NCBI GenBank assembly: GCA_038143065.1
Contig: JAYQLI010000035.1
Span: 1,664,894 to 1,728,893 of the forward strand
Reading direction: 5' to 3'
DNA length: 64,000 nucleotides
Source of the DNA: Rhodospirillales bacterium
GTDB taxonomy: Bacteria > Pseudomonadota > Alphaproteobacteria > Bin95
The notes below the pieces were generated by a model, which saw nothing but the letters and a program-made list of their open reading frames with translations, ran no database searches and was not told the DNA's origin. The position numbers and the translations under genes are program-made. Shown here in pieces: positions 30,394-41,959 of this stretch; positions within the stretch are counted from its first letter, which is position 1; each line of letters opens with the position of its first letter.

Positions 30394-30883
30394 GATGATG
30401 ATGCCCCCCGTGGTCATAGCCATGCTCATGGTCATGATCATGGCCTTGAGCGTGCCCTCCATAAGCCCCACCCTCAGGCTGAAAAGGTTCTTCAACCCTC
30501 TTAGTATTCCCGCCAAGGCCTCGCACCATATCCTCCAATACATGGTCGGGCCGAATTAATATTCGGCCTTCCTGCACTTCCGCTGGAGTGTGTCTATTGC
30601 CCAAATGCCATGCTAGCTTCATTAGCGTCAGAATATCTGGAGCGGTAACCTCAATTAGCTTTTCTGGTTTAGCTACTATTTTAAACCAACGACCGTCGCT
30701 TGCGCACAGGCCATCTCCATTAGCCATTGCTACTGCTTTAGATAGGTCAAGTAATAGGTATTCACCACTTTCAGCGCGGAGCCTAATTCGGCGACGATGA
30801 CGTTCATCAAAGTCTAACAGAATTTCTGCCACTGATTGACCTGGCCACTGGCCAACTGGAGCGTGTTTGGTTGACGTTAACAT
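30386..30883 (-). CDS. ureE: Urease nickel chaperone UreE
   Basis: AWHLGNRH, DHVL, PFQPEGGAY and a His-rich tail. Confidence 0.96.
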   Translation of the reverse strand: MLTSTKHAPVGQWPGQSVAEILLDFDERHRRRIRLRAESGEYLLLDLSKAVAMANGDGLCASDGRWFKIVAKPEKLIEVTAPDILTLMKLAWHLGNRHTPAEVQEGRILIRPDHVLEDMVRGLGGNTKRVEEPFQPEGGAYGGHAQGHDHDHEHGYDHGGHHHHD

Positions 30884-32580
30884 TAGAAAAGGAAGTACCG
30901 CTGGGCCATAGAAACTACCTCTGCGGGTTCGCAGGTGAGGAGTGCACCATCCGCCTTAACTTCGTAAGTCTCTGGGTCAACTTCAATTGATGGGGTTAAG
31001 TCATTTAACTTCATTGATGCTTTGGAAATATTTCTCACTCCTTTGACTGGCAGCAATTGCTTGTCCACTTCATGGCCAAAATTTAAACCTGCTTCACTAA
31101 CAAAGGTGATGCTGGTGCGAGAGCGTGCCTTTCCATACGCGCCAAACATTGGTCGATAGAGCTCTGGTTGAGGTGTTGGAATAGAAGCATTGGGGTCGCC
31201 CATCACTGCAGCAGCAATCATCCCACCCTTCACTACTAGGTCAGGTTTAACGCCAAAAAATGCGGGCGACCAAATCACTAAATCGGCTAACTTACCAACC
31301 TCTACAGATCCAATATGGTCGGACATGCCATGAGTAATGGCTGGATTTATTGTATACTTTGCGATGTAGCGACGAGCGCGAAGATTATCATTTTCACCAG
31401 TTTCACCTGACAATCGCCCAAATTGCTTTTTCATTTTATCAGCTGTCTGCCAGGTGCGGATCAGCTCCTCTCCCACACGTCCCATCGCCTGACTATCAGA
31501 AGCAATAATCGAGAATGCGCCCATGTCATGCAGAATATCTTCAGCTGCAATAGTTTCCTTTCGGATACGGCTTTCGGCGAATGCAATATCTTCAGGGATT
31601 TTAGGATCCAGGTGGTGGCAGACCATTAACATGTCGAGGTGCTCATCAACTGTATTAACAGTGAATGGTCTAGTGGGGTTTGTTGAAGAAGGTATTACGT
31701 TTTGGAGACCACAAACCTTGATGATATCTGGGGCATGACCACCGCCAGCACCCTCAGTATGAAATGCATGAATTGTCCTACCATCGATTGCTCGAACGGT
31801 ATCTTCAACAAACCCAGACTCATTCAGCGTGTCAGTATGGATCATCACTTGGATATCCATGTCATCTGCCACGCTGAGGCATGTATCTATTGCGGCAGGT
31901 GTAGTGCCCCAATCTTCATGTAACTTGAGCGCACAAGCTCCTGCGTTAATTTGGTCAACTAGGGGTGTCGCCGATGAAGCGTTTCCCTTACCAGAAAAAC
32001 CAAGGTTCATTGGGAAGGCATCTGACGCCTCTATCATCTTTGAAATGTGCCACTCACCGGGAGTGCAAGTAGTAGCATTTGTGCCAGTCGCCGGTCCTGT
32101 ACCACCGCCTAACATAGTTGTTACGCCCGAATATAAAGCCTCATCAATTTGTTGAGGACAGATGAAATGGATATGAGAATCAAACCCACCTGCAGTTATT
32201 ATTTTTCCCTCTCCGGCAATAACTTCCGTGGATGGTCCAATAATTATATTTACACCTGGCTGAACATCTGGATTGCCCGCTTTTCCTAAAGAAACAATCC
32301 GGCCGTCCTTAATACCAATATCCGCTTTCACAACGCCCCAATAATCAAGAATTAAAGCATTTGTGATTACCGTATCTACCGCCCCATCACTCCGGCGCAC
32401 TTGGGACTGCCCCATCCCATCGCGGATCACTTTCCCGCCACCAAACTTCACCTCATCGCCATAAATTGTGTGGTCTTTCTCAACCTCGATAAACAGTTCG
32501 GTATCTGCAAGTCGCACTTTATCGCCGACCGTTGGTCCAAACATATCTGCGTATGCTGCACGTGAAATTTTTGTTGGCAT
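30883..32580 (-). CDS. ureC: Urease subunit alpha
   Basis: [48 protein letters not shown]. Confidence 0.99.
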   Translation of the reverse strand: MPTKISRAAYADMFGPTVGDKVRLADTELFIEVEKDHTIYGDEVKFGGGKVIRDGMGQSQVRRSDGAVDTVITNALILDYWGVVKADIGIKDGRIVSLGKAGNPDVQPGVNIIIGPSTEVIAGEGKIITAGGFDSHIHFICPQQIDEALYSGVTTMLGGGTGPATGTNATTCTPGEWHISKMIEASDAFPMNLGFSGKGNASSATPLVDQINAGACALKLHEDWGTTPAAIDTCLSVADDMDIQVMIHTDTLNESGFVEDTVRAIDGRTIHAFHTEGAGGGHAPDIIKVCGLQNVIPSSTNPTRPFTVNTVDEHLDMLMVCHHLDPKIPEDIAFAESRIRKETIAAEDILHDMGAFSIIASDSQAMGRVGEELIRTWQTADKMKKQFGRLSGETGENDNLRARRYIAKYTINPAITHGMSDHIGSVEVGKLADLVIWSPAFFGVKPDLVVKGGMIAAAVMGDPNASIPTPQPELYRPMFGAYGKARSRTSITFVSEAGLNFGHEVDKQLLPVKGVRNISKASMKLNDLTPSIEVDPETYEVKADGALLTCEPAEVVSMAQRYFLF

Positions 32581-32582
32581 CT

Positions 32583-32900
32583 TTAGTTTTCCTTATTGAG
32601 CGCACCCATGACTTCACCTCTGAAGCCAACTACGCGTTGCTCACCTTGGAATGGAACAAGTTGAACTTGTCGGGTCTGGCCTGGCTCGAAACGGACTGCT
32701 GTTCCCGCTGCAATATCAAGCCTCATCCCTATCGCAGCTTCCCTATCAAAATTGAGAGCCGGATTAGTTTCTGCAAAGTGGTAATGGCTCCCAACCTGAA
32801 TTGGACGATCGCCAGTGTTTGCTACACTCAGTGCTATAGATTTCAGGCCCAAATTTAATTCAATCTCACCATCTGCAACGATATATTCTCCAGGAATCAT
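32583..32900 (-). CDS. ureB: Urease subunit beta
   Basis: [28 protein letters not shown]. Confidence 0.98.
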   Translation of the reverse strand: MIPGEYIVADGEIELNLGLKSIALSVANTGDRPIQVGSHYHFAETNPALNFDREAAIGMRLDIAAGTAVRFEPGQTRQVQLVPFQGEQRVVGFRGEVMGALNKEN

Positions 32901-32911
32901 TCGACGGCTCC

Positions 32912-33214
32912 CTAACGAATTGGATTGTGAACAGTGACCAGCTTCACACCATCGGGGAATGTCGCTTCTACCTGAATGTCATGGATCATTTCAGGGATTC
33001 CATCCATAACTTGTTCTCTTGTGAGAACATGTGCCCCGGCCTCCATCAGATCTGCAACACGCCGACCGTCACGAGCTCCTTCAACCACGAAATCTGTAAT
33101 AAGGGCTATTGCTTCCGGATGGTTAAGCTTGACGCCTCGGTCAAGCCGACGACGCGCCACCATGGCGGCGCAAGCAATCATCAATTTATCTTGTTCACGC
33201 TGTGTTAGCCGCAT
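32912..33214 (-). CDS. ureA: Urease subunit gamma
   Basis: [33 protein letters not shown]. Confidence 0.98.
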   Translation of the reverse strand: MRLTQREQDKLMIACAAMVARRRLDRGVKLNHPEAIALITDFVVEGARDGRRVADLMEAGAHVLTREQVMDGIPEMIHDIQVEATFPDGVKLVTVHNPIR

Positions 33215-33223
33215 ACTTTCCCC

Positions 33224-34042
33224 CTAACAACGCCAAACTCTAGGCACTTCTGCAGGACGGCCCAATGCAGATGCCCTAATTATTGAAATAATTTCTCCAA
33301 GTTGCTGTTTGAGCATTCCAGCCTCATTTCCCAACATGCGAACTACAAGCATGCCCCTAACAATGGTTGCTCCCCCCATCGGCCCGATAGCATCACGCGC
33401 CGCGCCTAGAACCTCACTCGCATTTGCTCCTACATAGAAAATGGTTGCTAGTGCCCGAGCATTAGAAAAACCAAGAGAAGAGCTTAAGGAAGAAAGCCCA
33501 CCCTCAACACGCAAGCCCTCGCGCCAAATAGGCTGACCCGCAACATCAATGCTCCAACGGTCTAGGAAAATACCCCTAGTAAAATCTTCTTTCATGGCCC
33601 ATCGCCCAAGAACAAACATTTCAGAAAGAAGAAGGCACGATCTTGCACCCAAACTTATATTTACTGCTCTGTTAAGCTTAGCCCCATCAAATAGGATGCT
33701 TTCCTGGGGCAGGTACTCAAGTGTTGAGTCATCCTCAATTTTTATGACAGTCCTTATCGAAGCTGGCATATCTATGGAGCGATATATTTTCTCGGCTGCT
33801 TGTCCTGTGACTAGAGCTTGAGCGTTTTGCGCGACAAGAATTTCAACGTGCGAGGTATCTCCTCCCGCAATCCCACCAGATGTATTAGCAAGCACAGCTT
33901 CAGGAATACCCCCCTAAACGGAGGGGGTTAGTATGCGCACTGGAGCACTTGCATAACGCTCAACTATACTATTGCGATTACAACGATTAGCGAATGCTAA
34001 TCGCGCAGCTCCATGGCTCCGCTGAAGCTGATCATCAGACAC
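33224..34042 (-). CDS. ureD: Urease accessory protein UreD, interrupted by in-frame TAG at 33914-33916
   Basis: GTG 34042 overlaps the urtE stop: MSDDQLQRSHGAARLAF...TPSV*GGIPEAVLANTSGGIAGGD. QAAEKIYRS, EYLPQESILF, LGR. Confidence 0.9.
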
Positions 34043-34730
34043 TGAGTCGGCGTCGAACATCTGCTTCATCCAGTTCAGACGGGGCACCCGCCATTACTAC
34101 TTCACCACGATCCATAACCACATATTTATCAGCTAATTCCTTCGCAAAGTCGAAATACTGTTCAACTAAAATGATAGCGATATCGCCTTTGGTTACCAGA
34201 GACCGGATCGCTGCCCCAATTTGTTTGATGATAGAGGGCTGTATTCCTTCCGTAGGCTCATCAAGTGCTAAAAGTCTTGGCCTCATTACGAGCGCCCTTC
34301 CGATCGCAAGCTGCTGCTGCTGCCCACCAGAAAGATCGCCACCTCGCCTCCCCAACATCTCTTGCAATACGGGAAATAGTTCAAACACATCAGCAGGAAT
34401 GAAACGATCTTTCCTTGGGAGCATGCCAAAACCGGTCTTTAAGTTTTCCTCGACAGTTAGCATCGGAAAAATCTCTCGGCCCTGAGGCACTAAAGCAATC
34501 CCAGCACGCGCACGATCGGCTGCGCCCATTTGCGTGATATTATTTTCTTCCCATGATACCGATCCACCTTGGACACGCGCCTGCCCAAGGATGCCGCGAA
34601 TGAGACTAGTCTTTCCGACACCATTGCGGCCAAGAATACACGTGACTTCGCCCTTAGCAGCAGTCATCGTCACAGAACGCAAGGATTGGCTTGCACCGTA
34701 ATAGAGGTCGATGTTGCTAACCTTCAACAT
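34035..34730 (-). CDS. urtE: Urea ABC transporter ATP-binding subunit
   Basis: GRNGVGKT, LSGGQQQQLAIGRAL, DEPTEGIQPSII, VEQY. Confidence 0.95.
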   Translation of the reverse strand: MLKVSNIDLYYGASQSLRSVTMTAAKGEVTCILGRNGVGKTSLIRGILGQARVQGGSVSWEENNITQMGAADRARAGIALVPQGREIFPMLTVEENLKTGFGMLPRKDRFIPADVFELFPVLQEMLGRRGGDLSGGQQQQLAIGRALVMRPRLLALDEPTEGIQPSIIKQIGAAIRSLVTKGDIAIILVEQYFDFAKELADKYVVMDRGEVVMAGAPSELDEADVRRRLSV

Positions 34731-34732
34731 TT

Positions 34733-35497
34733 CTAGCGTCCCAAATAAACTTCGATTACGGCTTCATTGTTAGAGACATCGTCTAATGAACCTTCGGCGA
34801 GTACCGAACCTTCGTGTAATGCAGTCACTTTGCAGTCGAGAGCTCGCACAAACTCCATGTCATGTTCGACGACCACAACTGATCTTTTGCCGCCTGAAAT
34901 CTGCTTTAACATTTCTGCTGTTTGCATAGTTTCAGCGTCAGTCATTCCAGCAGCCGGCTCATCAATGAGTAGAACATCAGGTTCCTGAGCCAGCACCATA
35001 CCAATCTCTAACCACTGCTTCTGACCGTGCGACAAAGCCCCAGCAGTATCATTTGCTCTCGGCGCTAATGCGATTTCATTCAATATGCTATGAATTCGGT
35101 CATAGTCTTCATTTGAAAGGCGAGCAAACAATGTCTTGCTTGCACGCCTGTCGAGCTTAAGAGCTAACTCCATATTCTCAAAAACAGTATGGCTCTCGAA
35201 TACAGTTGGACGCTGGAATTTCCGCCCAACACCTAATGACGCTATCGCCGCCTCATCTAACTTGGTTAAGTCGTGACGGCCGTGAAGTAGAACGTCCCCT
35301 TTGTCAGGCCGGGTTTTGCCCGTAATAACATCCATCATAGTTGATTTACCCGCACCATTTGGACCAATGACAGCTCGCAGTTCGCCTGGCTCTAAGAACA
35401 AGCTGAGTTCATTCAGTGCTCTGAAACCATCAAAAGTTACAGTCACACCACTTACGTAAAGACTAGCGTTGGTAAGAACGGGGCTGGTATCAATCAT
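34733..35497 (-). CDS. urtD: Urea ABC transporter ATP-binding subunit
   Basis: [34 protein letters not shown]. Confidence 0.95.
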   Translation of the reverse strand: MIDTSPVLTNASLYVSGVTVTFDGFRALNELSLFLEPGELRAVIGPNGAGKSTMMDVITGKTRPDKGDVLLHGRHDLTKLDEAAIASLGVGRKFQRPTVFESHTVFENMELALKLDRRASKTLFARLSNEDYDRIHSILNEIALAPRANDTAGALSHGQKQWLEIGMVLAQEPDVLLIDEPAAGMTDAETMQTAEMLKQISGGKRSVVVVEHDMEFVRALDCKVTALHEGSVLAEGSLDDVSNNEAVIEVYLGR

Positions 35498-36614
35498 TCC
35501 TAACCTCCACGGAAGGCAGACTAGGTTTTAGAAAACGCTTCATAAGATTGCTTAGCCTCCCCATCTCTCCAACAATGCCCTTCGGAAAAAAGAGAGTTAC
35601 GGCGATAAAGAGGCCTCCAAGTGCGAAAAGCCAAATTTCTGGCAATGCCCCTGTTAAGTAGGTTTTGAGATAATTTACAGCTACCGCGCCTAGGGCTGCG
35701 CCGACTAAGGTTCCACGACCACCAAGTGCAACCCAGACAATTATTTCGATAGAATTTGCTGGAGAGAATTCTCCCGGGTTGATGATGCCTACCTGCGGAA
35801 CAAATAGTGCACCCGCCACACCTGCGATCATTGCGGAAACTACAAAGGCTACGAGCTAGTATCCTTCAGGCTTATATCCAAGAAAACGCGTTCTACTTTC
35901 CTGATCCCGAACAGCTGCCAAGACACGACCATATTTAGACATAGTCATCCAACGGCAAATCAAATAACCACCAATCAATGCTGCTGCCGAAGACAGCATC
36001 AATGCCGATCGAGTACCTGTCGCTTGTAGGTCGAACCCCAAAAAGTCTTTAAAGTCCGTAAGACCATTATTGCCCCCAAAGCCCATATCATTTCGGAAGA
36101 AGGCAAGCATCAAAGCAAAAGTCATTGCTTGAGTAATAATCGAGAGGTAGACGCCCGTAACCCGACTTCGGAATGCAAACCAGCCAAATCCAAATGCCAA
36201 AGTGCCAGGTACAATCATGCACATCAAAATGGCAAAGAGAGGGCTATCAAAACCATTCCAATACCAGGGCAGTTCCTGCCAATTTAGAAACACCATGAAA
36301 TCTGGAAGGTCAGGGTTTCCATAAACTCCTCGATCACCAATCTCCCTCATTAAATGCATGCCCATGGCATACCCACCCAGGGCAAAAAATGCGCCATGAC
36401 CAAGGCTTAAAATTCCTGCGTAGCCCCAAACAAGATCAACAGAAATAGCAAGTAGGGCATAGCAAAGATACTTACCTATAAGGCCAATCATGTAATCCGG
36501 AACATGGAAAGGAGATGCTGTTGGAGTGTAGGCATTTAGCATTACAGCGCCAAAGGCCACCGCCAATACTGCGGATACGAAAATACGCCCTTTGCCATCT
36601 ATTAAGGAAAGCAT
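35490..36614 (-). CDS. urtC: Urea ABC transporter permease, interrupted by in-frame TAG at 35856-35858
   Basis: [45 protein letters not shown] in frame with PQVGIINP...GGRGTL. Confidence 0.93.
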
Positions 36615-36617
36615 CTG

Positions 36618-38249
36618 TTAATTCTCCACCGCACGCCCTTTGAGGGCGAAAAGTCCGCGTGGCCTGCGTTGAATGAAGAGAATGATGGCAACCAGGACAA
36701 TTATCTTTGCAAGAACAGCGCCCGATACCGGTTCCAAAAACTTGTTCACGACGCCGAGCGACAAAGCTCCCACCAGTGTTCCCCAAAGATTTCCAACCCC
36801 ACCAAAGACAACCACCATAAAGCTATCGATTATATAAGACTGCCCGAGGTTTGGACTGACATTATCAATCTGGCTCAGAGCTACGCCCGCCATACCAGCA
36901 ACCCCCGAACCAAGCCCAAAAGTCAGTGCATCAACGCGAGCAGAACGTATACCCATCGCATTCGCCATCCTCCGGTTCTGGGTAACGGCTCGCATTTCTA
37001 GGCCGATGGAAGTGAAACGAATAAGCGCCCAAACTCCGAACAAAACCGCCAGTGCAAAAACTATTATCCAAATACGGTTGTAAGTGAGGAGCACACCACC
37101 AGCGAGCTCCATTGCCCCACTCATCCACTCTGGGTTCCCCACCTCACGGTTCGTAGGACCAAAAATAGAGCGAACAGCTTGCTGAAGAATTAATGACACT
37201 CCCCAGGTCGCAAGCAGTGTTTCTAGTGGCCTACCGTACAACCATCGGATAACGGAACGCTCTAAACCAATTCCTATCATCCCAGATGTTAAAAAAGCCG
37301 CTGGAACTGCAACAGCAAGCGAGAGGCCAAAATATTCTGGCGCAGCAGACCTAAAAACTTCCTGAATCACAAAAGTTACGTAAGCACCTATCATCACCAT
37401 TTCACCATGAGCCATATTTATGACGCCCATGACCCCGAAGGTTATGGCGAGGCCGATCGCAGCAAGCAGCAAAACCGAACCGAGGCTTATTCCTTGAAAT
37501 ACACTACCTATAGCTCGGTATAGGACTAAGCGATCTTCTACCGCATCAAGAGCTACAATAGCTGCTTGGCGGACTTCTATATCCTTCTCTGCTTCACCTG
37601 TGAGGGGAGTTAAAAGAGCACGAGCTTCACTGGCGTCGCTATCACCTAACGTAGTGACTGCAGCGATACGTTTCTCATGAGGTGCTTCAGGCCGTATATC
37701 AATGGCAGCGATTGCCAAGGACATTGCTCGGGCCACACTGTCGTCACCCTCTTTTTCAAGCGCCTTTATCAAAATAGAGCGCTGATTGGGATCAGGATTT
37801 TTCAGGATAACAGAAGCTGCTTCAAGCCTGACAGATGCATCAGAATGAGTGAGATTTAGGCCGCCAAGGAAACCTCTAATTAAACGTCTTAATTTATTAT
37901 TAACCCGGACTTTTTTTAATTCTTTTCCAGAGGCCGAACCTACCTCATCTAAGGACACTGGGTCGGATAGAGCGAAAGCGTCTCCCGCGCGCTTTGTGAT
38001 GTATAGTTGGTTGTCACTTTTCCTAAAATAAAGATTGCCCTCAGCCATTGCATTCAAAATAGTAGCGGCGGCTGGATGCCCGCTGCCTGCAAGTTTTTCG
38101 ATACCTTTGGCTCGTTTGGTTACAGACTTTTCACTGAGAAGAGTGAGCCCGGGCAATGTCTCTGAAGCTTGAGCGGATGCCACAGCCGCAACACTGGCAA
38201 ACACAAGCGCAGATAAAAACAATGCTACAAATTTGGTTATGTATCGCAC
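36618..38249 (-). CDS. urtB: Urea ABC transporter permease with periplasmic N-terminal domain
   Basis: GLAITFGVMGVINMAHGE, GRPLETLLATWG, DSFMVVVFGGVG. Confidence 0.95.
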   Translation of the reverse strand: MRYITKFVALFLSALVFASVAAVASAQASETLPGLTLLSEKSVTKRAKGIEKLAGSGHPAAATILNAMAEGNLYFRKSDNQLYITKRAGDAFALSDPVSLDEVGSASGKELKKVRVNNKLRRLIRGFLGGLNLTHSDASVRLEAASVILKNPDPNQRSILIKALEKEGDDSVARAMSLAIAAIDIRPEAPHEKRIAAVTTLGDSDASEARALLTPLTGEAEKDIEVRQAAIVALDAVEDRLVLYRAIGSVFQGISLGSVLLLAAIGLAITFGVMGVINMAHGEMVMIGAYVTFVIQEVFRSAAPEYFGLSLAVAVPAAFLTSGMIGIGLERSVIRWLYGRPLETLLATWGVSLILQQAVRSIFGPTNREVGNPEWMSGAMELAGGVLLTYNRIWIIVFALAVLFGVWALIRFTSIGLEMRAVTQNRRMANAMGIRSARVDALTFGLGSGVAGMAGVALSQIDNVSPNLGQSYIIDSFMVVVFGGVGNLWGTLVGALSLGVVNKFLEPVSGAVLAKIIVLVAIILFIQRRPRGLFALKGRAVEN

Positions 38250-38281
38250 CAGAGGGTCCAGTTATACGGCGGGAAGAGAAA

Positions 38282-38309
38282 CCGGGGCACAGCTGACACT
38301 GTGCCCCGG
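38282..38309 (-). terminator. 11-bp stem-loop after urtA (partial terminator or mRNA stabiliser)
   Basis: CCGGGGCACAG (38282-38292) and CTGTGCCCCGG (38299-38309), followed by UUUCUCUU on the minus strand. Confidence 0.7.
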
Positions 38310-38332
38310 GGCGTTCTGAGAACCAGAAAACC

Positions 38333-39631
38333 TTAATAGCTAGCTGCGAATTTAGGTGTTTCGCAGTTGCCACACACCCATGGGTAAGTCCAATCTGCCG
38401 TCAGTTTGGCGCTCTCAGGGATAAAGTCTGACCAAGCATCACCGATTACAACGCCATCGGTAGACCATACCGTCTCAAACTGACCATCTGCCTGTACTTC
38501 GCCAATAAGTACTGGCTTGGAAAGGTGATGATTAACATTCATGACGGCTACACCACCTGTGAGGTTTTTAACTTTTTGGCCATACATTGCCTGACGAACA
38601 GCATCCACATCAGTGGTTCCAGCCTGCTCAACGGCCTGCACCCACATTTTAAAGCCGATGTAATGCGCTTCCATGGGATCATTGGTTACACGCTTTTTGT
38701 CTTTAATGAATGCATGCCACTTTTTAATGAAGTCTGAATTTTCTGGTGTTTCAACTGACATGAAGTAATTCCACGCCGCCAAGTGCCCAACGAGCGGTCC
38801 AGTATCGATACCTGCTAATTCCTCTTCTCCAACAGAAAAGGCGACCACAGGTAAATCTTCTGCCTTCACACCCTGGTTAGCGAGCTCCTTATAAAAAGGC
38901 ACGTTTGCATCACCATTAATTGTAGAGACTACAGCTGTCTTTTTACCTTCAGAGGCAAATGCCTTAACCCGTGAAACGATTGTCTGCCAATCAGAGTGAC
39001 CGAAAGGAGTGTACTCCTCCATAATATCAGCATCTGAAATGCCTTTTGCGTTCAAGAAGGCACGAAGAATTTTGTTGGTTGTACGTGGGTACACATAATC
39101 AGTACCCAAAAGAGCAAACCGGGTTGCACCGCCACCGTCTTCACTCATGAGATACTCAACAGCGGGAATTGCTTGCTGGTTTGGAGCAGCACCAGTGTAG
39201 AAGACGTTTCTGCTGCTCTCTTCGCCCTCATACTGAACTGGGTAGAAGAGCATACTATTTAATTCTTCAAATACTGGCAGAACTGATTTACGCGAAACCG
39301 ATGTCCAGCAGCCAAAAACAGCTGAAACTTGTTCCTTAGAAATTAATTCACGCGCTTTTTCTGCAAACAGGGGCCAGTTTGAAGCCGGATCTACAACCAC
39401 AGCCTCTAACTTCTTACCGAGCAAACCGCCTTTGGCATTTTGGTCTTCGATCAGCATTAACATCGCATCCTTAAGCGTCGTCTCGCTAATCGCCATTGTT
39501 CCTGAGAGAGAATGGAGAATTCCAACTTTAATCGTCTCTTGAGCAGATGCCAGCGCGGACGAAAAAGAGAGCGCTCCCGTCATAAGGCCGGCTGCTGCCC
39601 ACCTTTTTAATTTGCTACTTCTAGACTTCAT
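38333..39631 (-). CDS. urtA: Urea ABC transporter substrate-binding protein
   Basis: KVGILHSLSGTMAISE, FGCWTSVSRK, YPVQYEG, GAAPNQQ, DYVYPRT. Confidence 0.97.
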   Translation of the reverse strand: MKSRSSKLKRWAAAGLMTGALSFSSALASAQETIKVGILHSLSGTMAISETTLKDAMLMLIEDQNAKGGLLGKKLEAVVVDPASNWPLFAEKARELISKEQVSAVFGCWTSVSRKSVLPVFEELNSMLFYPVQYEGEESSRNVFYTGAAPNQQAIPAVEYLMSEDGGGATRFALLGTDYVYPRTTNKILRAFLNAKGISDADIMEEYTPFGHSDWQTIVSRVKAFASEGKKTAVVSTINGDANVPFYKELANQGVKAEDLPVVAFSVGEEELAGIDTGPLVGHLAAWNYFMSVETPENSDFIKKWHAFIKDKKRVTNDPMEAHYIGFKMWVQAVEQAGTTDVDAVRQAMYGQKVKNLTGGVAVMNVNHHLSKPVLIGEVQADGQFETVWSTDGVVIGDAWSDFIPESAKLTADWTYPWVCGNCETPKFAASY

Positions 39632-39673
39632 GGTCTTGGCCTCCTAGCCGAAGTTCAACATAACTAGGAGAGG

Positions 39674-39690
39674 AGCAATATCCGTGCCAA
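39674..39690 (-). promoter_or_regulatory. Sigma-54 (-24/-12) promoter of the urt-ure operon
   Basis: Minus strand TTGGCACGGATATTGCT matches TGGCAC-N5-TTGC, about 43 nt upstream of the urtA ATG. Confidence 0.88.
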
Positions 39691-39804
39691 ATTCAAATTT
39701 TTGCCAAAAATATTTTTAACTCTATGAAAAAAATAGGTTTTCATGATTGCCTACTTTTTTGGAAAAAATGTAGATGATCATTAGCTGCACAAAATATGAT
39801 GCGG

Positions 39805-39852
39805 TGCACAAATTTTAACTGATGCATTGTTGCGCTGCACTATTTTTGGGCG
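39805..39852. promoter_or_regulatory. Tandem NtrC-like binding sites
   Basis: TGCAC-TATTTTT-GGGCG (39836-39852) is close to TGCAC-N7-GTGCA. A weaker site TGCAC-AAATTTT-AACTG starts at 39805, 31 bp away. An AT-rich tract separates them from the sigma54 site. Confidence 0.7.
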
Positions 39853-39859
39853 AATGCTT

Positions 39860-40888
39860 TCAGGACGTGCCAATTGAAAGAAGGTTTTCAACTGGCTTGT
39901 AAAGTTCCTCAAGATACGCCACGGCTTCAGCAGGTAGCTCAATCGACGCGGCTGCAACCAGTTGATCAAGCTGGCTAATCTTGGAAACCCCAACAACTGG
40001 GGCCGTCACCTCTGATTTTGTCAAAAGCCATGCAACGGCTATCTGAGCAGGCGTATGGCCCAACTTTTCGGCTACTTCGACACAACGAGCAGCAATTTTA
40101 AAATCCATCTCGCCGCGATAGAGGCCCTCTGTTCTCTTTCTGTCGCCGCCTTGAGAGCGTGTTGTAGTGCCACCATCAAAATCACCCTGATACGCACCCG
40201 TTAAAATGCCTCGCGCAAGGGGTGACCATGGGGTTAGACCTACTCCAGTTAAGGCACAGTAGGGGTTCATCTCCCGCTCTTCCTCGCGGTAGATTAGATT
40301 GTAATGATTTTGCATTGATATGAACTTAGTCCATCCATGACGCTCTGCCGTCATTTGCAACTCACAAAATTGCCACGCGAACATTGAAGAAGCGCCGAGG
40401 TAGAGAGCCTTACCTGCCTTAACTACGTCGTGAAGGGCCTCCATCGTTTCTTCGATGGGCGCGGTTCCTTTAGCCAAGCCCCCATGCGGGTGACGGTGAA
40501 TAATGAGCTGGTCCACATAATCGAGGCCCATTCGCTTCAAGGAAGCATCTATACCTTCCATCACGTGCTTTCGGGATAGACCACCTTGGTTTGGATTTTT
40601 GCCCATCGGAGCTGCCATCTTCGTGGTGACGACATATTGGTCTCGGGGAGCAAGTTCCCGCAGCAATGCGCCAACAACTTCTTCACACGCACCAAGCCCA
40701 TAAACATCTGCACAATCAAAATAGAATAGCCCATGGTCAAGTGCTGCTTTGAAGATTGGTCTAGCTTCATCAATTGGAAGTGTCCAATCCCCTTGGTGTC
40801 CACGGCCAGGCTCACCAAAGTTCATCGTTCCCAAACAAAGGCGCGAGACACTGAGCCCGCTCTCCCCCAGTTGAACGGTCTTAAGCAT
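39860..40888 (-). CDS. Aldo/keto reductase
   Basis: LCLGTMNFG, FDCADVYG, TTK, SMQNHYNL, PWSPLARG. Confidence 0.95.
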   Translation of the reverse strand: MLKTVQLGESGLSVSRLCLGTMNFGEPGRGHQGDWTLPIDEARPIFKAALDHGLFYFDCADVYGLGACEEVVGALLRELAPRDQYVVTTKMAAPMGKNPNQGGLSRKHVMEGIDASLKRMGLDYVDQLIIHRHPHGGLAKGTAPIEETMEALHDVVKAGKALYLGASSMFAWQFCELQMTAERHGWTKFISMQNHYNLIYREEEREMNPYCALTGVGLTPWSPLARGILTGAYQGDFDGGTTTRSQGGDRKRTEGLYRGEMDFKIAARCVEVAEKLGHTPAQIAVAWLLTKSEVTAPVVGVSKISQLDQLVAAASIELPAEAVAYLEELYKPVENLLSIGTS

Positions 40889-40904
40889 CGGCTTTCCTTA
40901 ATGT

Positions 40905-41959
40905 TTAGCGAAGTGCAGCGTTAATCGTATCTAGAACTGACGACCCAGGGCACAGCGTGCTCTCGCGAAGCTTATTGAGAGGCACTGATGAGGTCTTCAT
41001 ATTGGAGTGAAGATCCTCGGGCAAAGGATCAAGGTAGAGAAGACCAGTAGCCAATTCACCGGCCTGGCTTTTCTCTTCAATGAAGCTAAGAGCCCCTGCC
41101 TTATCAGCCGGATCATAATCAGGCGTGATTTTCCTAAGCCTGAGTGTGACACCATCAGCCTGCGGCACCTCTACCATCTCTCCTGGACCGTATTCGGCGG
41201 TCATGGGCGGAGCGCCAAGGATCACATCAAGGCGATTTACAGTCTCGTTGTGCTCTCTAACAAAGTCATAACTCTTGGTTGACCCTGCGTGATTGTTGAA
41301 AGCAACACATGGAGACACAACGTCCAGGATTGCAGCACCTGGATGACTGATGGCTGCCTTAATCAGCGGAACAAGTTGCTGCTTGTCACCCGAGAATGAT
41401 CTCGCGACATAAGAAGCACCCATAATGATAGCAAGGCTTGCGAGATCGATCCCTGAATCGTTATTCACGGCACCCTTTTGGCGACGGAACCTTTATCAGC
41501 TGTCGCCGAGAATTGACCCTTGGTCAGTCCATAAACACCATTGTTCATAACGATGTAGGTCATATTGACCCCGCGACGCATGAGGTGAGCAAACTGACCC
41601 AAACCAATCGAAGCACTGTCTCCATCACCCGAAACACCCATATAGATGAGATCTCGATTGGCGAGATTAGCGCCTGTCAAAACACTCGGCATACGCCCAT
41701 GCACGGTATTGAAACCGTGACTTGCACCCAGAAAATAAGTTGGAGCCTTAGAGGAGCATCCAATTCCTGAGAGCTTAGCAACCCTATGCGGCTCTATCGA
41801 AAGCTCGAAGCAGGCTTGAACAATTGCAGCCGAGATCGAGTCATGCCCACAACCCGCACAAAGGGTCGAAATAGCGCCCTCGTAATCGCGCCTCGTTTTG
41901 CCAGCCTCATTCTTGGTTAAGGATGGGTGGTGTAGCTTTGGCTTCGTGATGTATGTCAT
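40905..41959 (-). CDS. korB: 2-oxoacid:ferredoxin oxidoreductase beta subunit, frameshifted at ~41476-41479
   Basis: LCAGCGH, SGIGCSSK, VHGRMP, TPP motif GDGD...NNGVYGLTKGQ. The second part contains SPCVAFN. Confidence 0.9.

Noticed and set aside
30386-30452. Short CAT/GAT-type tandem repeats
   Set aside because: They encode the normal His-rich Ni-binding tail of UreE and are not a DNA repeat element.
6447-35858. Amber (TAG) reassignment or pyrrolysine, suggested by four in-frame TAGs (BVMO, glcB, ureD, urtC)
   Set aside because: The expected residues differ (Glu in the BVMO, most likely Lys in UrtC). TAG is the genuine terminator of fabI, ureA, urtD and glcB at their family-typical ends. 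No pyl genes are present. Point errors explain the pattern better.
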